Shown one piece after another: positions 1 to 9,200 of a DNA stretch of 34,975 nucleotides. Under the pieces are notes generated by a model. It ran no database searches. It was given only the letters and a program-made list of their open reading frames with translations, and was not told the DNA's origin. Location: positions 62,001-96,975 of the forward strand of contig JAXLNO010003381.1 of assembly GCA_038087875.1 (NCBI GenBank). The letters run 5' to 3'. The stretch comes from Malacoraja senta (lineage: Eukaryota). A program made the position numbers and the translations under genes. Position 1 is the first letter of the stretch, and the number at the start of each line of letters is the position of its first letter.

Positions 1-376
1 TGAGCATGCCTTTTACATGCTGAAGAGAAAACTGAAGGGGACTCGCCCCCAAAACAAGCGTAAGCTAAAGATGGCTGCAACACAGGCCTGGCAGAGCATC
101 ACCAAAGAAGACACCCAGCAACTGGTGATATCCATTAATCGCAGACTTCAAGCAGTGTTCCAAACATTATTGTGCCCTGAAATGGGGGGACTATGTATAA
201 ACACTGCTGGAATTTCTACATGGTGAAACCAAAATGTATAAAAATGGCCTTTATTAATATTTGACAATGTGCACTTTAACCATGTGCTTTTTTTCTATTT
301 CAAATCACAAATTGTGGAATACAGAGACAAATAAATAAATGATGGGTCTTTGTCCCAAACATTATGGAGGGTACTG
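1..376 (+). mobile_element. Tc1/mariner transposon, 3' remnant (transposase C-terminus plus right IR/DR terminal repeat)
   Basis: Encodes ...EHAFYMLKRKLKG..., the post-catalytic-E region of a Tc1 transposase. Bases 156-376 are the reverse complement of the left IR at 10417-10630. Ends ...GGAGGGTACTG followed by TA (377-378). Confidence 0.9.
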
Positions 377-378
377 TA

Positions 379-646
379 GCCAACCAAGTCCGCGACGGCC
401 AATGATCACCCCGTACACTCGCACTGTCCTGCACACGAGGGACAATTTACAATTATACAGAAGCCAATTAACCTACTAAACTACACATCTTTGGATTGTG
501 GTAAGAAACCGGAGCACCCGGATAAAACCCACGCTGTCACAGGCAGAACATACAAACTCCGTACAGACAGCACCCGTAGTCATGATCAAACCCGGGTCTC
601 TGGCGCTGTAAGGCAGCAACTCTACCGCTGCGCCACTGTGCCGCCC
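379..646 (-). mobile_element. tRNA-derived V-SINE (HE1-like)
   Basis: Minus strand has a tRNA-like head (GGGCGGCACAGTGGCGCAGCGGTAGAG), a V-domain-like core (CCGGGTGCTCCGGTTTCTTACCACAATCCAAAGA) and the start of the LINE-type tail. At least six related copies lie in the window. Confidence 0.8.
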
Positions 647-715
647 TGGGTCATTTCCTCGGGTAAAATTTGATGGGAGAGATTATAAACTGCGTTTTAA
701 TTATTATTCAAGGAA

Positions 716-1070
716 AAAACAGCCGAGACCTTGAAGATGAGGTCGGCAGCGGTGGAGGGAGGAGAGGAACAGCGCCGGTGAGCTGGCTGGGTGGGGCCTC
801 ACCTCGCATGGAGACGGCCGTGGGAGGCGAGGGGAAAAGGGTGCGTTAGTGGGTCGATGTGTGTGCGGAATGCGAGTGGGCTGCTGGAGGCCCTGCAGCA
901 GCCGGTGGATCGGGTGCCGCTGGAGGTCCCACAGAGGTCGTGGACGAGCGCGCGGATCGGACACAGCCTGCAGCAGCGGTGGAGGCACCCACAACATCGC
1001 CAGGCCAGGCCGACCCCTGCAACTCCCACCCAGTGCCGTCCCCACGACAACAAGCCTTTAAGCCCAAAAT
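716..1070. other. CpG/GC-rich segment of unknown origin (copy 1; paralog at 12178-12550)
   Basis: Alignable by eye to 12178-12550. Short ORFs in several frames, none recognisable. Confidence 0.5.
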
Positions 1071-1437
1071 AAGACTCTGCTTTTTTTTACCAATTTGATG
1101 TTTAAGAATATAAGATACCACCAGAAATGTGGCAACTCTTGTGTACTGTATCATATAATCTGCTATGAATACAATCTTGTCCTTAGCTTCAGCTGTGCTT
1201 ATATAAAGTAAGATTTTTACTGAATTCTATGCAAAAGAAATTTCACTGTACCCATGTACATGAGACAATAAAGTACCATTGAACCATTGAGCAATGGGGA
1301 TATAAAAACTGTTAATTATTACAAGTATTGAACTGTGGATACGCGTTAGAAGAATAAGATAAAAATTAAGGGGAATCGTTATATCAATATTTTTATTCTG
1401 ATGGAATGACGCCCAATAATCATCGTTTATGTGTGCA

Positions 1438-1556
1438 ACCACTGCAAAGTCGTTTCCTGAGTAAACGGAAATTGACTGTTTGACTTCTGTTGTGAATGAG
1501 GAAGAGGACAACTCAAACGCAGTGCAGGGACCAAACCGATCCAACGTAGCCGAGAC
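1438..1556 (+). promoter_or_regulatory. Putative proximal promoter/5' UTR of gene A, ETS/PU.1-motif cluster
   Basis: TTTCCTG (1453-1459), CGGAAAT (1466-1472) and GAGGAAG (1498-1504) lie directly upstream of the leader ATG. The block is near-identical at about 18995-19113. Function is inferred. Confidence 0.45.
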
Positions 1557-1653
1557 ATGGCGGTGGGACAGGGAGAATTCACCCACCAGAAAAGGCCCAG
1601 ATCCAGGGGAACAGTCGCTCTGTTGGTTCTTGTCGCTGTTGGTCTCACACCAG
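1557..1653 (+). CDS. Gene A exon 1: signal peptide of a CD300/pIgR-like Ig-V receptor
   Basis: Strong Kozak GAGACATGG. Encodes MAVGQGEFTHQKRPRSRGTVALLVLVAVGLTP(G) with a hydrophobic core. Phase-1 donor CAG|GTAAAT matches the phase-1 V exon. Not shown as such in the ORF track. Confidence 0.85.
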
Positions 1654-2379
1654 GTAAATCGTTGTTTTACAAAATGCTCTGTCTTTAGAATTATTTACCA
1701 GCGCCTTGAATTATTTGTAACCACAGACCTCTCTGTACTGTGTGGGGAGCTGATGATCAATTGCTCAACACTCGTTAGTTCCTGTAGAGACTTCCATCAG
1801 CGGTTGTTGTCGTGTTGTGTGCAGCGAAATCGCACACAGTTAGCTCCCTGTGGAGAAGGGAGATAACTATCTAGAGCTTGCCTGGCCTTGTGGACCTCAT
1901 TGAAACTTACCGAATAGTGAAGTTTAATGTTTAATACCGAATAATGATGGCCTGGATAGAGTGGATGGGGTGAGGATGTTTCCACTAGTGGGAGAGTCTA
2001 GGACCAGAGGCCGCAGCCTCAGAATTAAAGTCCGCAGCTGGCCCTGTTAATCTTGGGTGTAGGGGTAACTCTTGGCCCCAGAACAGATAGTTCGCTCCAC
2101 TATTCTGGTGCAAACTATCTACAGGTGAACTTTCTCAGTGACTTGAGAGAGCAGACAGCAGATCAGCTAAATGCCTCGGCAAAGTGACATCACCTCCATC
2201 AGTGGCGATTCCCCTCAGTACCGCACTCCCTCAGTCCTCGAGCTTCGGGAGTGGGAATTGAACCAACGACTCTCTGACTCGGTGACCAGAGTGCCACACG
2301 CTGACCTATCGCTAGATGTCAATGCGGGCCTTTGGTGTGGCTCAGTTAGCCTGGGACAGAAGTTTTCCTCCAATCCCCA

Positions 2380-2620
2380 ACGAGAATTCTGCAACACCCT
2401 CCCGCGCTGTTCCCCTCTGTGATTCCTCCTGCTCTCCGGCTCTGTGATCTACATTTCCTTAACACCATCTGCTTTGATCTGCGTTTTCACGCTTTACCCC
2501 TTGCATACCTCCGCCCCCCGACACTCGGTCTGAAGAAGGGTCTCGACCCGAAATGTCACCCATTGCTTCTCTCCAGGAATGCCGCCTGACCCGCTGAGTT
2601 ACTCCAGCATTTTGTGTCTA
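2380..2620 (+). mobile_element. Penelope-like element terminal repeat containing a minimal hammerhead motif
   Basis: CTGAAGAAGGGTCTCGACCCGAAATGTCACC followed by the abundant ...CTGAGTTACTCCAGCATTTTGTGT terminus. A Penelope GIY-YIG fragment is present elsewhere in the window. Confidence 0.55.
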
Positions 2621-2971
2621 TCAAACACACACGGCACTCGCTCCACGCACTGCAATAGGAAATGTTGAACCTAAACCTTAGCACATTCAAAGATAAAACC
2701 AGCCATTGGGAACAGGCGGGCATCTCAAATGAGGAAGCACCAGAGAGACTGTCCAATTTAGCATTTCGAGAAGTTGTGGTAATCACTCCCTTCTGGGAAA
2801 AAACAGCTGCCTTACAAAACACTCTGCTGCTCGAGCTGTTCTTCACACCGTGCTTTCCCCAGCCTCTGAGTTCTCCTTCAAGGCATTTGTCTTGTGGCTT
2901 GTGAGCAGACCTGGACTGATCTGATGATGTGTCTCCACCCCAGCTCTTGAATCTGCAGAGTTTCACATGTG

Positions 2972-3205
2972 TTAGAGTCATAGGGTGATACAGTGTGGAA
3001 ACAGGCCCTTCGGCCCAACTTACCCACACCGGCCAACATGTCTCAGCAACACTAGTCCCACCTGTCCACGTTTGGTCCATGTCCCTTCAAACCTGTCCTA
3101 TCCATGTACCTGTCCAACTGTTTCTTAAATGATGGGATAGTCCTTGCCTCAACTATTTCCTCTGGCAGCTTCATCCATACACCGACCAGACTTTGTGTGA
3201 AAAAG
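2972..3205 (-). mobile_element. CR1-type LINE 3' end fragment
   Basis: Reverse complement of a CR1-type tail (...GGGCCGAAGGGCCTGTTTCCACACTGTATCACCCTATGACTCT). A paralogous piece lies at about 20630-20725. Confidence 0.6.
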
Positions 3206-3499
3206 ACACCTCAGGATTATTCCAGGTGGACGTGGAGTTTGAAACATCAGTGGCAGATCCAGCTTCTACCTCAGGCCGGGAAGTTTAGTTCAATGGGGCA
3301 CAAAGTGCTGGCGCAACTCAGTAGGTCAGGCAGTATCTCATGGTCTTGAATTGAAAGGTCACCTATCCATGTTCTCCAGAGATGCTGCCTGACCTGCTGA
3401 GTCACCACAGGCAACTGGCTATTCAGCTTCAGTAACACACAAAGTGCTGGAGTAACACTGCAGGTCAAGCTGCATCACTTGGTGACTTTCCTCTAGTGA

Positions 3500-3790
3500 C
3501 TTTAGAGATACAGCACGGAAACAGGCCCTTTGGCCCACTAAATTCCACGCCATCCAGCGATCACTCGGCACACTACCACTATCCTACACACGAGGAACAA
3601 ATTACAATTTTAACGAAAGCCAGTTAACCTACAAACCTGCACATCTTTGGAGTGTGGGAGGAAACTGGAGAAAGCCCACGCTGTCACGGGGAGAACGTAC
3701 AGAATTCGTACAGACAGCACCCGAGGTCAGGATCAAACATGGGTCTCTGGCGCTGTAAGGCAGCAATTCTACCCCTGTGCCACTGTGCCA
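3500..3790 (-). mobile_element. tRNA-derived V-SINE (HE1-like)
   Basis: Same head, core and tail as 379-646. Confidence 0.75.
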
Positions 3791-4349
3791 CCATGTCTCT
3801 ACCCGTAACATTACCTATCCATGTTCTCCTGCGATGTTGCCTGACCCGCTGAGCCATCACAGGCTATTCAGCTTTAGTAAAGCACAAAGTGCTGAAGTCA
3901 GCAGGTCAGGCAGCATCTCTGGAGAACATGGATAGGTGACGTTTAGGGTTGAGATCTGAATATGGGGTAGGCCATTTAGATGAGGAAAAACCTTTTCGCC
4001 CAGAGAGTTCCTCTTTCTCCAGAGATAGTTCCTGACCCGTTGAGTTACTCCAGCACTTTGTGTCCTTCCGTGTATTAACCAGCATCTGCAGTTCCTTGTT
4101 TCTACTAGTTCAATGGGGAAGTGGGTTGTAGTGAGATTGAACACAGGGTGGGTCAGAGTGAGTGACAGGTTGGCTTCCTGTCACATGACCACCACTCAGG
4201 TCAAGCCACGCCCACAGGGAAGGAGGATCTGGGCGCCAGGTGGATTCAGGAGCAGTTCTACTTTCACTGGAACTTGGGGAACAATCCCGGTGAAATGGGA
4301 ATTAACACCAGCGGGGAAGGCATGAAAGTGCAACAGGATCTATGCAAAA

Positions 4350-4529
4350 GAAGAAACACAAAATGCTGGAGTAACTCAGCGGGACGGGCAGCATCTCTGG
4401 AGAGAAGGAATGGGTGAGGAAACATCACCCGTCGGTTTCTCCAGAGATGCAGCCTGTCCCGCTGAGTTACTCCAGCTCTTTGTGTCTATCTTTGGTGTAA
4501 ACCAGCACCTGCAGTTCCTTGCTGCACAT
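4350..4529. repeat. Foldback (palindromic) repeat insertion with about 13-bp flanking direct repeat
   Basis: 48-bp inverted arms at 4356-4403 and 4438-4485. Flanked by GATCTATGCAAAA (4337-4349) and GATCTATGCGAAA (4530-4542). Paralogs at about 22270-22450 and 30815-31000. Confidence 0.8.
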
Positions 4530-4646
4530 GATCTATGCGAAACCATGAACCTGTCTGAACAGCACAAATTACATGTTTTTTTATTGTTAAAACTCAGCTT
4601 GTGCTGCTGCAGTGTGAGTGATCTTTCATCATTAATGTGCCAACAG

Positions 4647-4970
4647 GGTCATGGGGAGTAACTGGAGCTGTGGAGGTGAGGGGAGAGTTGGGGCAGTCGG
4701 TCACTGTGCAATGTCTATATGGTCAGGAATACAGTGACTACAGGAAACTTTGGAGTAAAGGTGATTATTACTCGACATCTTATACCGTGGTTTCTACTGA
4801 TCTCCCACGACAAGGGAGAACATTGATGACTGATGACAAAAGACAACGGATAGTTTCAGTAACCATCGACAACCTGGAGAAGAGTGATGAAGGACACTAC
4901 TGGTGTGTGATAGCAAAGAGAGGACATTCACCCATTGAATCGACCCCCATCTTATTGAAGGTTTCTGAAG
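4647..4970 (+). CDS. Gene A exon 2: Ig V-set domain V1 (CD300/pIgR/TREM-like)
   Basis: Acceptor CCAACAG|, donor GAAG|GTACGT, 324 nt, phase 1-1, no stop. Motifs VRGELGQSVTVQC.Y, K.W.K, GR...D, SVTIDNL..SDEGHYWC, LKVS. Confidence 0.92.
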
Positions 4971-5547
4971 GTACGTTGACGATCTCTCCTCACTCTCCCA
5001 GATGTGAAAATTCGAGCCTGGGAATTCCGGCCTCGGACCTGACGGTGACTCGTTGACTCATCCCCGGGGGTCGGGGTGAGGGGGCGGGGTTGGTAGATAC
5101 CTCATTTACTGGGGTCCCGGCCCGTGGGGCCACACCAAGAGCCCACTGTCCCAGGAGCAGTATGGGGGGGGGGGGGGACTGCCATACACCAGCCCCACGG
5201 AACGTCCCAGCTACCGGCGGTTCTGATGCTGACGGCTCATTTCCCCAAAGACGATCGCTCCGGGACTAGAATCTCTGCCGGCCCTCACAGGGGCACCCGC
5301 CCCCTCCCTCTCTCGTCCTGCCCGTCACTGTCACACCCACCACACACACAACATCTGAAGTAGGATCCCAAGCCTTTACATCGTCAGTTCATTCCTTCCA
5401 CAGATGTTGCCTGACCTGCTGAGTTACTCCAGCACTTTGTGTTTTGCTCAAGATTCCAGCACCTGCAATTCCTTGTGTCTCACAAACCTTAGTGACCCAT
5501 GAGCTGAGTTTACTGTTGTCACCTGTACTGAGGTGACAAATATAATA

Positions 5548-5935
5548 ATGGATACTTTCAAGAGAGAGCTAGATAGGGCTCTTCACGATAGCGGAGTCAG
5601 GGGATATGGGGAGTAGGCAGGAACGGGGTACTGATTGGGGATGATCAGCCATGATCACAATGAATGGCGCTGCTGGCTCGAAGGGCCGATTGGCCTACTC
5701 CTGCACCTATTGTCTATTGTCCGTTGAGTTACAGGAAAAAGCTTTTACCATGTTTCCAATGAGGCCCAAGTCATTGGATATTTTTAAGGTGCAGATTGAC
5801 AGGTTATCGATTAGTACGGGTGTCAAGCGATTTGGGGAGAAGGCAGGAGAATGGGGTTGAGAGGGAGAGATAGATCAGCCATGATTGAATGGCGCTCAAT
5901 GGGCCAATGGCCTAACTCCGCCTCTATCATTTATG
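5548..5935 (+). mobile_element. Two CR1-type LINE 3' end fragments
   Basis: Typical tails ...GATCAGCCATGATCACAATGAATGGCGCTGCTGGCTCGAAGGGCCGA...CCTATTGTCTATTGTC. The second fragment recurs at about 31975-32170. Confidence 0.65.
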
Positions 5936-6165
5936 AACGAAGAACCCGCATGAGCTGAGTGATATAGACTTTACACGGAGCCACACAAACTGTACAAGAT
6001 GAGATACTCAACGGGATGGGCAGCTTCTGTGGAGAGAGAACGAGAGTTAATGTTTCGGGTAGATTCCTTCAACCAAATTGCATTATTTCCAATTCAGTCT
6101 GCGTAACGCAAATAGTCCATGGATCCTCCCGCTCCCAAGTTCTTCTCCAACGTAGAAGACATGTG

Positions 6166-7549
6166 TTGTTCTTTCCCAGCACTAATAGCATGAGGGGAAG
6201 CCTGGCCCCTTCCGGGTATCTCGCCACCTTCGTTTGCGAGGACTCTCTTGAATCCATATGCATGTGCTCCAGTACGTTCCAACATACTTTAGAATTTGAA
6301 GTCAGTTACCCACTGACCACTTGCACTCCCCTCCACAGAGGGGGAGATTCGTAGACAGCCCTGAACAGGTGCTGCCGCAGACCGCTGCCTTGTGGTATGC
6401 TCATCAGCTATACCTCCGATGTCAGAGTCAGAACAAAACTGACTCCTTGTGCTCACCTCCTCCAAGAGGGAGACATCATGCAGCCCTTCTACGGGTGCTG
6501 CTGCCACGGATATAAAGCTCCTCTTGCTGGAGAACATCATGATGGGGCATCCTCTCCATCAGGAGCTCTTTCTAGACAGCCCTTCAACAGGTGCTGCTGC
6601 CACGGGCCCCTGAGGAGACCCGAGGATATAAAGCTCCTCTTGGTGGAGCATATCGTGTAGGAGCACCTTCTCCATCAGGAGCTCTTTCCTGGACAGCCCT
6701 GATATTCTTTTTATTGGCTCACCAGTCCCAGTTGGTATGGCGAATTTCGATGGCATGCCTGGCACCCCTGGTTCTTGGCTTCCATGCCTTGGGGTATGCT
6801 GTTCTGCAATACCTCCAACCTCAGGGTCAGAACAAAACTGCCCCGGTAAGCTCACCTCCTCCATGAGGGAGACACTATGCAGCCATTCTACAGGTGCTGC
6901 TGCCATGGGCCCCCAAGAAGACCCGTGGATATAAGGCTCATCTTCATGGAGCAGATCTTCCCTGTACAGCCCTTGAACAGAAGCTGCTGCCACGGGACCA
7001 TGGATGACCCACGGATATAAAGCTCCTCCTGGAGCATGTCATGATGTCAGACGTCCGCAGACCTTGCTCCTAGTGGGAGAGGAACTCCTGGCTCGACTCA
7101 TCGGAGTCCAAGGGCCTTACTGATTTTTTTGTGACTTACCTCCCCACAGCAGTAGCCACGGTGCTCATAGTCGGCACCCTGGTGATACCACCTTCCTCGT
7201 GGATTTACCCCTCCACGGGAACCACACCGGTCTGGAAGACGCTGACTGCCTTTGTCAGTGACTGGAGTTCCGCGGTCCAGACCGGAGTCTCCCCACAGCC
7301 CAAAGCCGGTTTCCCCGCGGCCCGTCCGGACTTCGCTACAATATCTAGCAGGAAACGTCTGTAAGAAGAGGTTCCTGCAAGAAAACACAACCTGGTAAGA
7401 AATATAAAACTTACCTGTAGGTTTAAACTTACCGCTGGCGGAAGCGACGCGCCTGCCAGTCCGGTGCTTCGCCATGCGAACGACGATATGAAGCGCATGC
7501 GGACTGGCGGGGCTTCTTCACGGAATCACTCACGTGACTCCGAAGTAAA
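6166..7549 (-). mobile_element. DIRS-like (tyrosine-recombinase retrotransposon) 5'/ORF1 fragment with internal tandem duplications
   Basis: Minus strand starts with a TCACGTGAGTGATTCCGTGAAGAAGCCCCGCCAGTCCGCATGCG-type terminus and has ORF1-like peptides (KFAIPTGTGEPI). No RT or YR domain is visible, so the family is assigned from memory only. Confidence 0.45.
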
Positions 7550-8060
7550 TTTACACTGAGTCACACAAACTGTACAAGATGAGATACTCAACGGGTCGGG
7601 CAGCATCTGTGGAGAGTGAACGAGAGTTAATGTTTCAGGTAGCTACCTCCAACCAAATTGCATTATTTCCAATTCAGTCCTGTAACGCAAATAGTCCATG
7701 GATCCTCCCGCTCCCAAGTTCTTCTCCAATGTAGAAGACATGTGCCTAACTCCAGCAGCAGGCAGATAACACAGCCTGTGGGACTCTGAAGGGCATGAAA
7801 GAAGTATCTGAATGCTTGCGACCATCCTGCGGCATCTTAATGGGTGAGCCGCCTGTCTAGATCAAGAGGCTTGGTCCATCTATGGTGGCCTCAGAAGGAT
7901 CCTTGCTCAAATCTCTGGATTGGGATTTGAACCCAGGAATCTCCCCACACAGAGTAAGAGCGCTCCCAACTGAAGCATCTCCCACACCTCACTAAAGTGG
8001 CACAGAACGTGCTTTCAGACATTTAATGTTCAAAAACTTAATTCACTTTATCTCCACAAG

Positions 8061-8202
8061 AGTCTCAAACACGCCGCCCGGATATGGTCACCACCACCTC
8101 TGCAATAATAAGCACAAGGGCTCTGACCACCCTGCCTCAAGATGCACGAACCACCGAGGCAGCAAGTTCCACTGAGGCTTCTGATTCAATACTTCCAAAC
8201 AG
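8061..8202 (+). CDS. Gene A exon 3: Ser/Thr-rich mucin-like stalk
   Basis: Acceptor TTTATCTCCACAAG|, donor AACAG|GTTAGT, phase 1-2. Encodes (E)SQTRRPDMVTTTSAIISTRALTTLPQDARTTEAASSTEASDSILPN. Paralogous to 32689-32845. Confidence 0.8.
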
Positions 8203-8269
8203 GTTAGTAACTCGACGAGCCAACTCAGCCTCACCTGAGAACAAAGTAGTTAAGTTCAATTCAGCCCAG

Positions 8270-8535
8270 TTAAAAGATACAGCGTGGAAATGGACCCTTT
8301 GGCCCACCGAGTCCGCTCTGAGCAGCGATCTCCCCATACACCAGTTCTGTTCTACACACTGGGGGCAATTTACTACAAACCCGCGCATCTTTGGAATGTG
8401 GGAGGAAACTGGAGAACCCACAGTAAACTCTTGCAATCACAAGGAGAATGTACAAACTCTGCACTGACAGCACCGGTAGTCAGGATCAAACCCGGGTCTC
8501 CTGCGCTGTGAGGCAGCAACTCTACCACTGTGCCG
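8270..8535 (-). mobile_element. V-SINE (HE1-like)
   Basis: Same family as 379-646. A copy sits at the equivalent position after the gene B stalk (about 32920-33200). Confidence 0.75.
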
Positions 8536-8763
8536 ACATCTCAATAGGCGAGCCTCATGTCTAGATCAAGGGGCTTGGTCCATCTATGGTGGCCTTGGAA
8601 GGATCCTTGCACAAATCTCTGGATTGGGATTCGAACCAAGAATCTCCCCACACAGAGCGAGAGCGCTCCCAACTGAAGCATCTCCCACACATCACTAAAG
8701 TGGCACAGAACGTGCTTTTAAACATTTAATGTTCAAAGACTTCATTCACTTTATCTTCACAAG

Positions 8764-9200
8764 GGTCTCAAATCTGTCATCCAGATATCCTCACCACTTT
8801 GGTATGGGGGGGGGGGGCATGGTGGTGCAGCGGTAGAGTTGCAAGCCTTACAACGCTTGTAGCGCCGGAGACCTAGGTTCGATCCCGACTATAGGTGCTG
8901 CCTGTACGGAGTTTTTACGTTATCCCCGTGACCGCGTGGTTTTTCTCTGAGATCTTTGATTTCCTCCAACACTCCAAAGACGTACAGTTATGTAAGTAGA
9001 TTGGCTTGGCGTATGTGTCAATTGACCTTAGTGTGTGACGCCTAGTGTTAGTGTGCGAGGATCACTGGTCGGTGCGGACTCCATGGGCCGTAGGGCCTGT
9101 TTCCGCGCTATATCTCAAAGGTGGTCATCCCACCTCAGGAACCACCACATCCACTCTGCCTCCGGAAGCATCGACCACCTGGTTCATCGCCTCGACACAG
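8764..9200 (+). pseudogene. Duplicated, diverged second stalk exon interrupted by a SINE
   Basis: Upstream intron 8549-8763 duplicates 7846-8060. The exon starts |GGTCTCAAATCTGTCATCCAGAT as in the other stalks, is split by a + strand SINE, resumes with T/S-rich codons and ends at ACAG|GTCAGT followed by the same CCAACTCAGCC motif as after stalk 1. Confidence 0.55.
8806..9120 (+). mobile_element. V-SINE (HE1-like) inserted in the second stalk exon
   Basis: Head GGCATGGTGGTGCAGCGGTAGAG, core TTTCCTCCAACACTCCAAAGACG, tail GGGCCTGTTTCCGCGCTATATCTC. Confidence 0.8.

Noticed and set aside
379-646. tRNA-like sequences with A/B boxes at SINE heads
   Set aside because: They are fused to SINE core and LINE-derived tails, with no complete cloverleaf. 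They are not tRNA genes.
4701-4708. CACTGTG (RSS heptamer complement) inside each V exon, suggesting V(D)J-type rearrangement
   Set aside because: It arises from the Val-Thr-Val codons. No nonamer lies at 12 or 23 bp, there are no J or D segments, and each exon already encodes its own G strand and splice donor.
6350-7050. Repeat/spacer-like periodicity resembling a CRISPR array
   Set aside because: Eukaryotic context, degenerate variable-length units, 'spacers' homologous to each other, and no cas genes.
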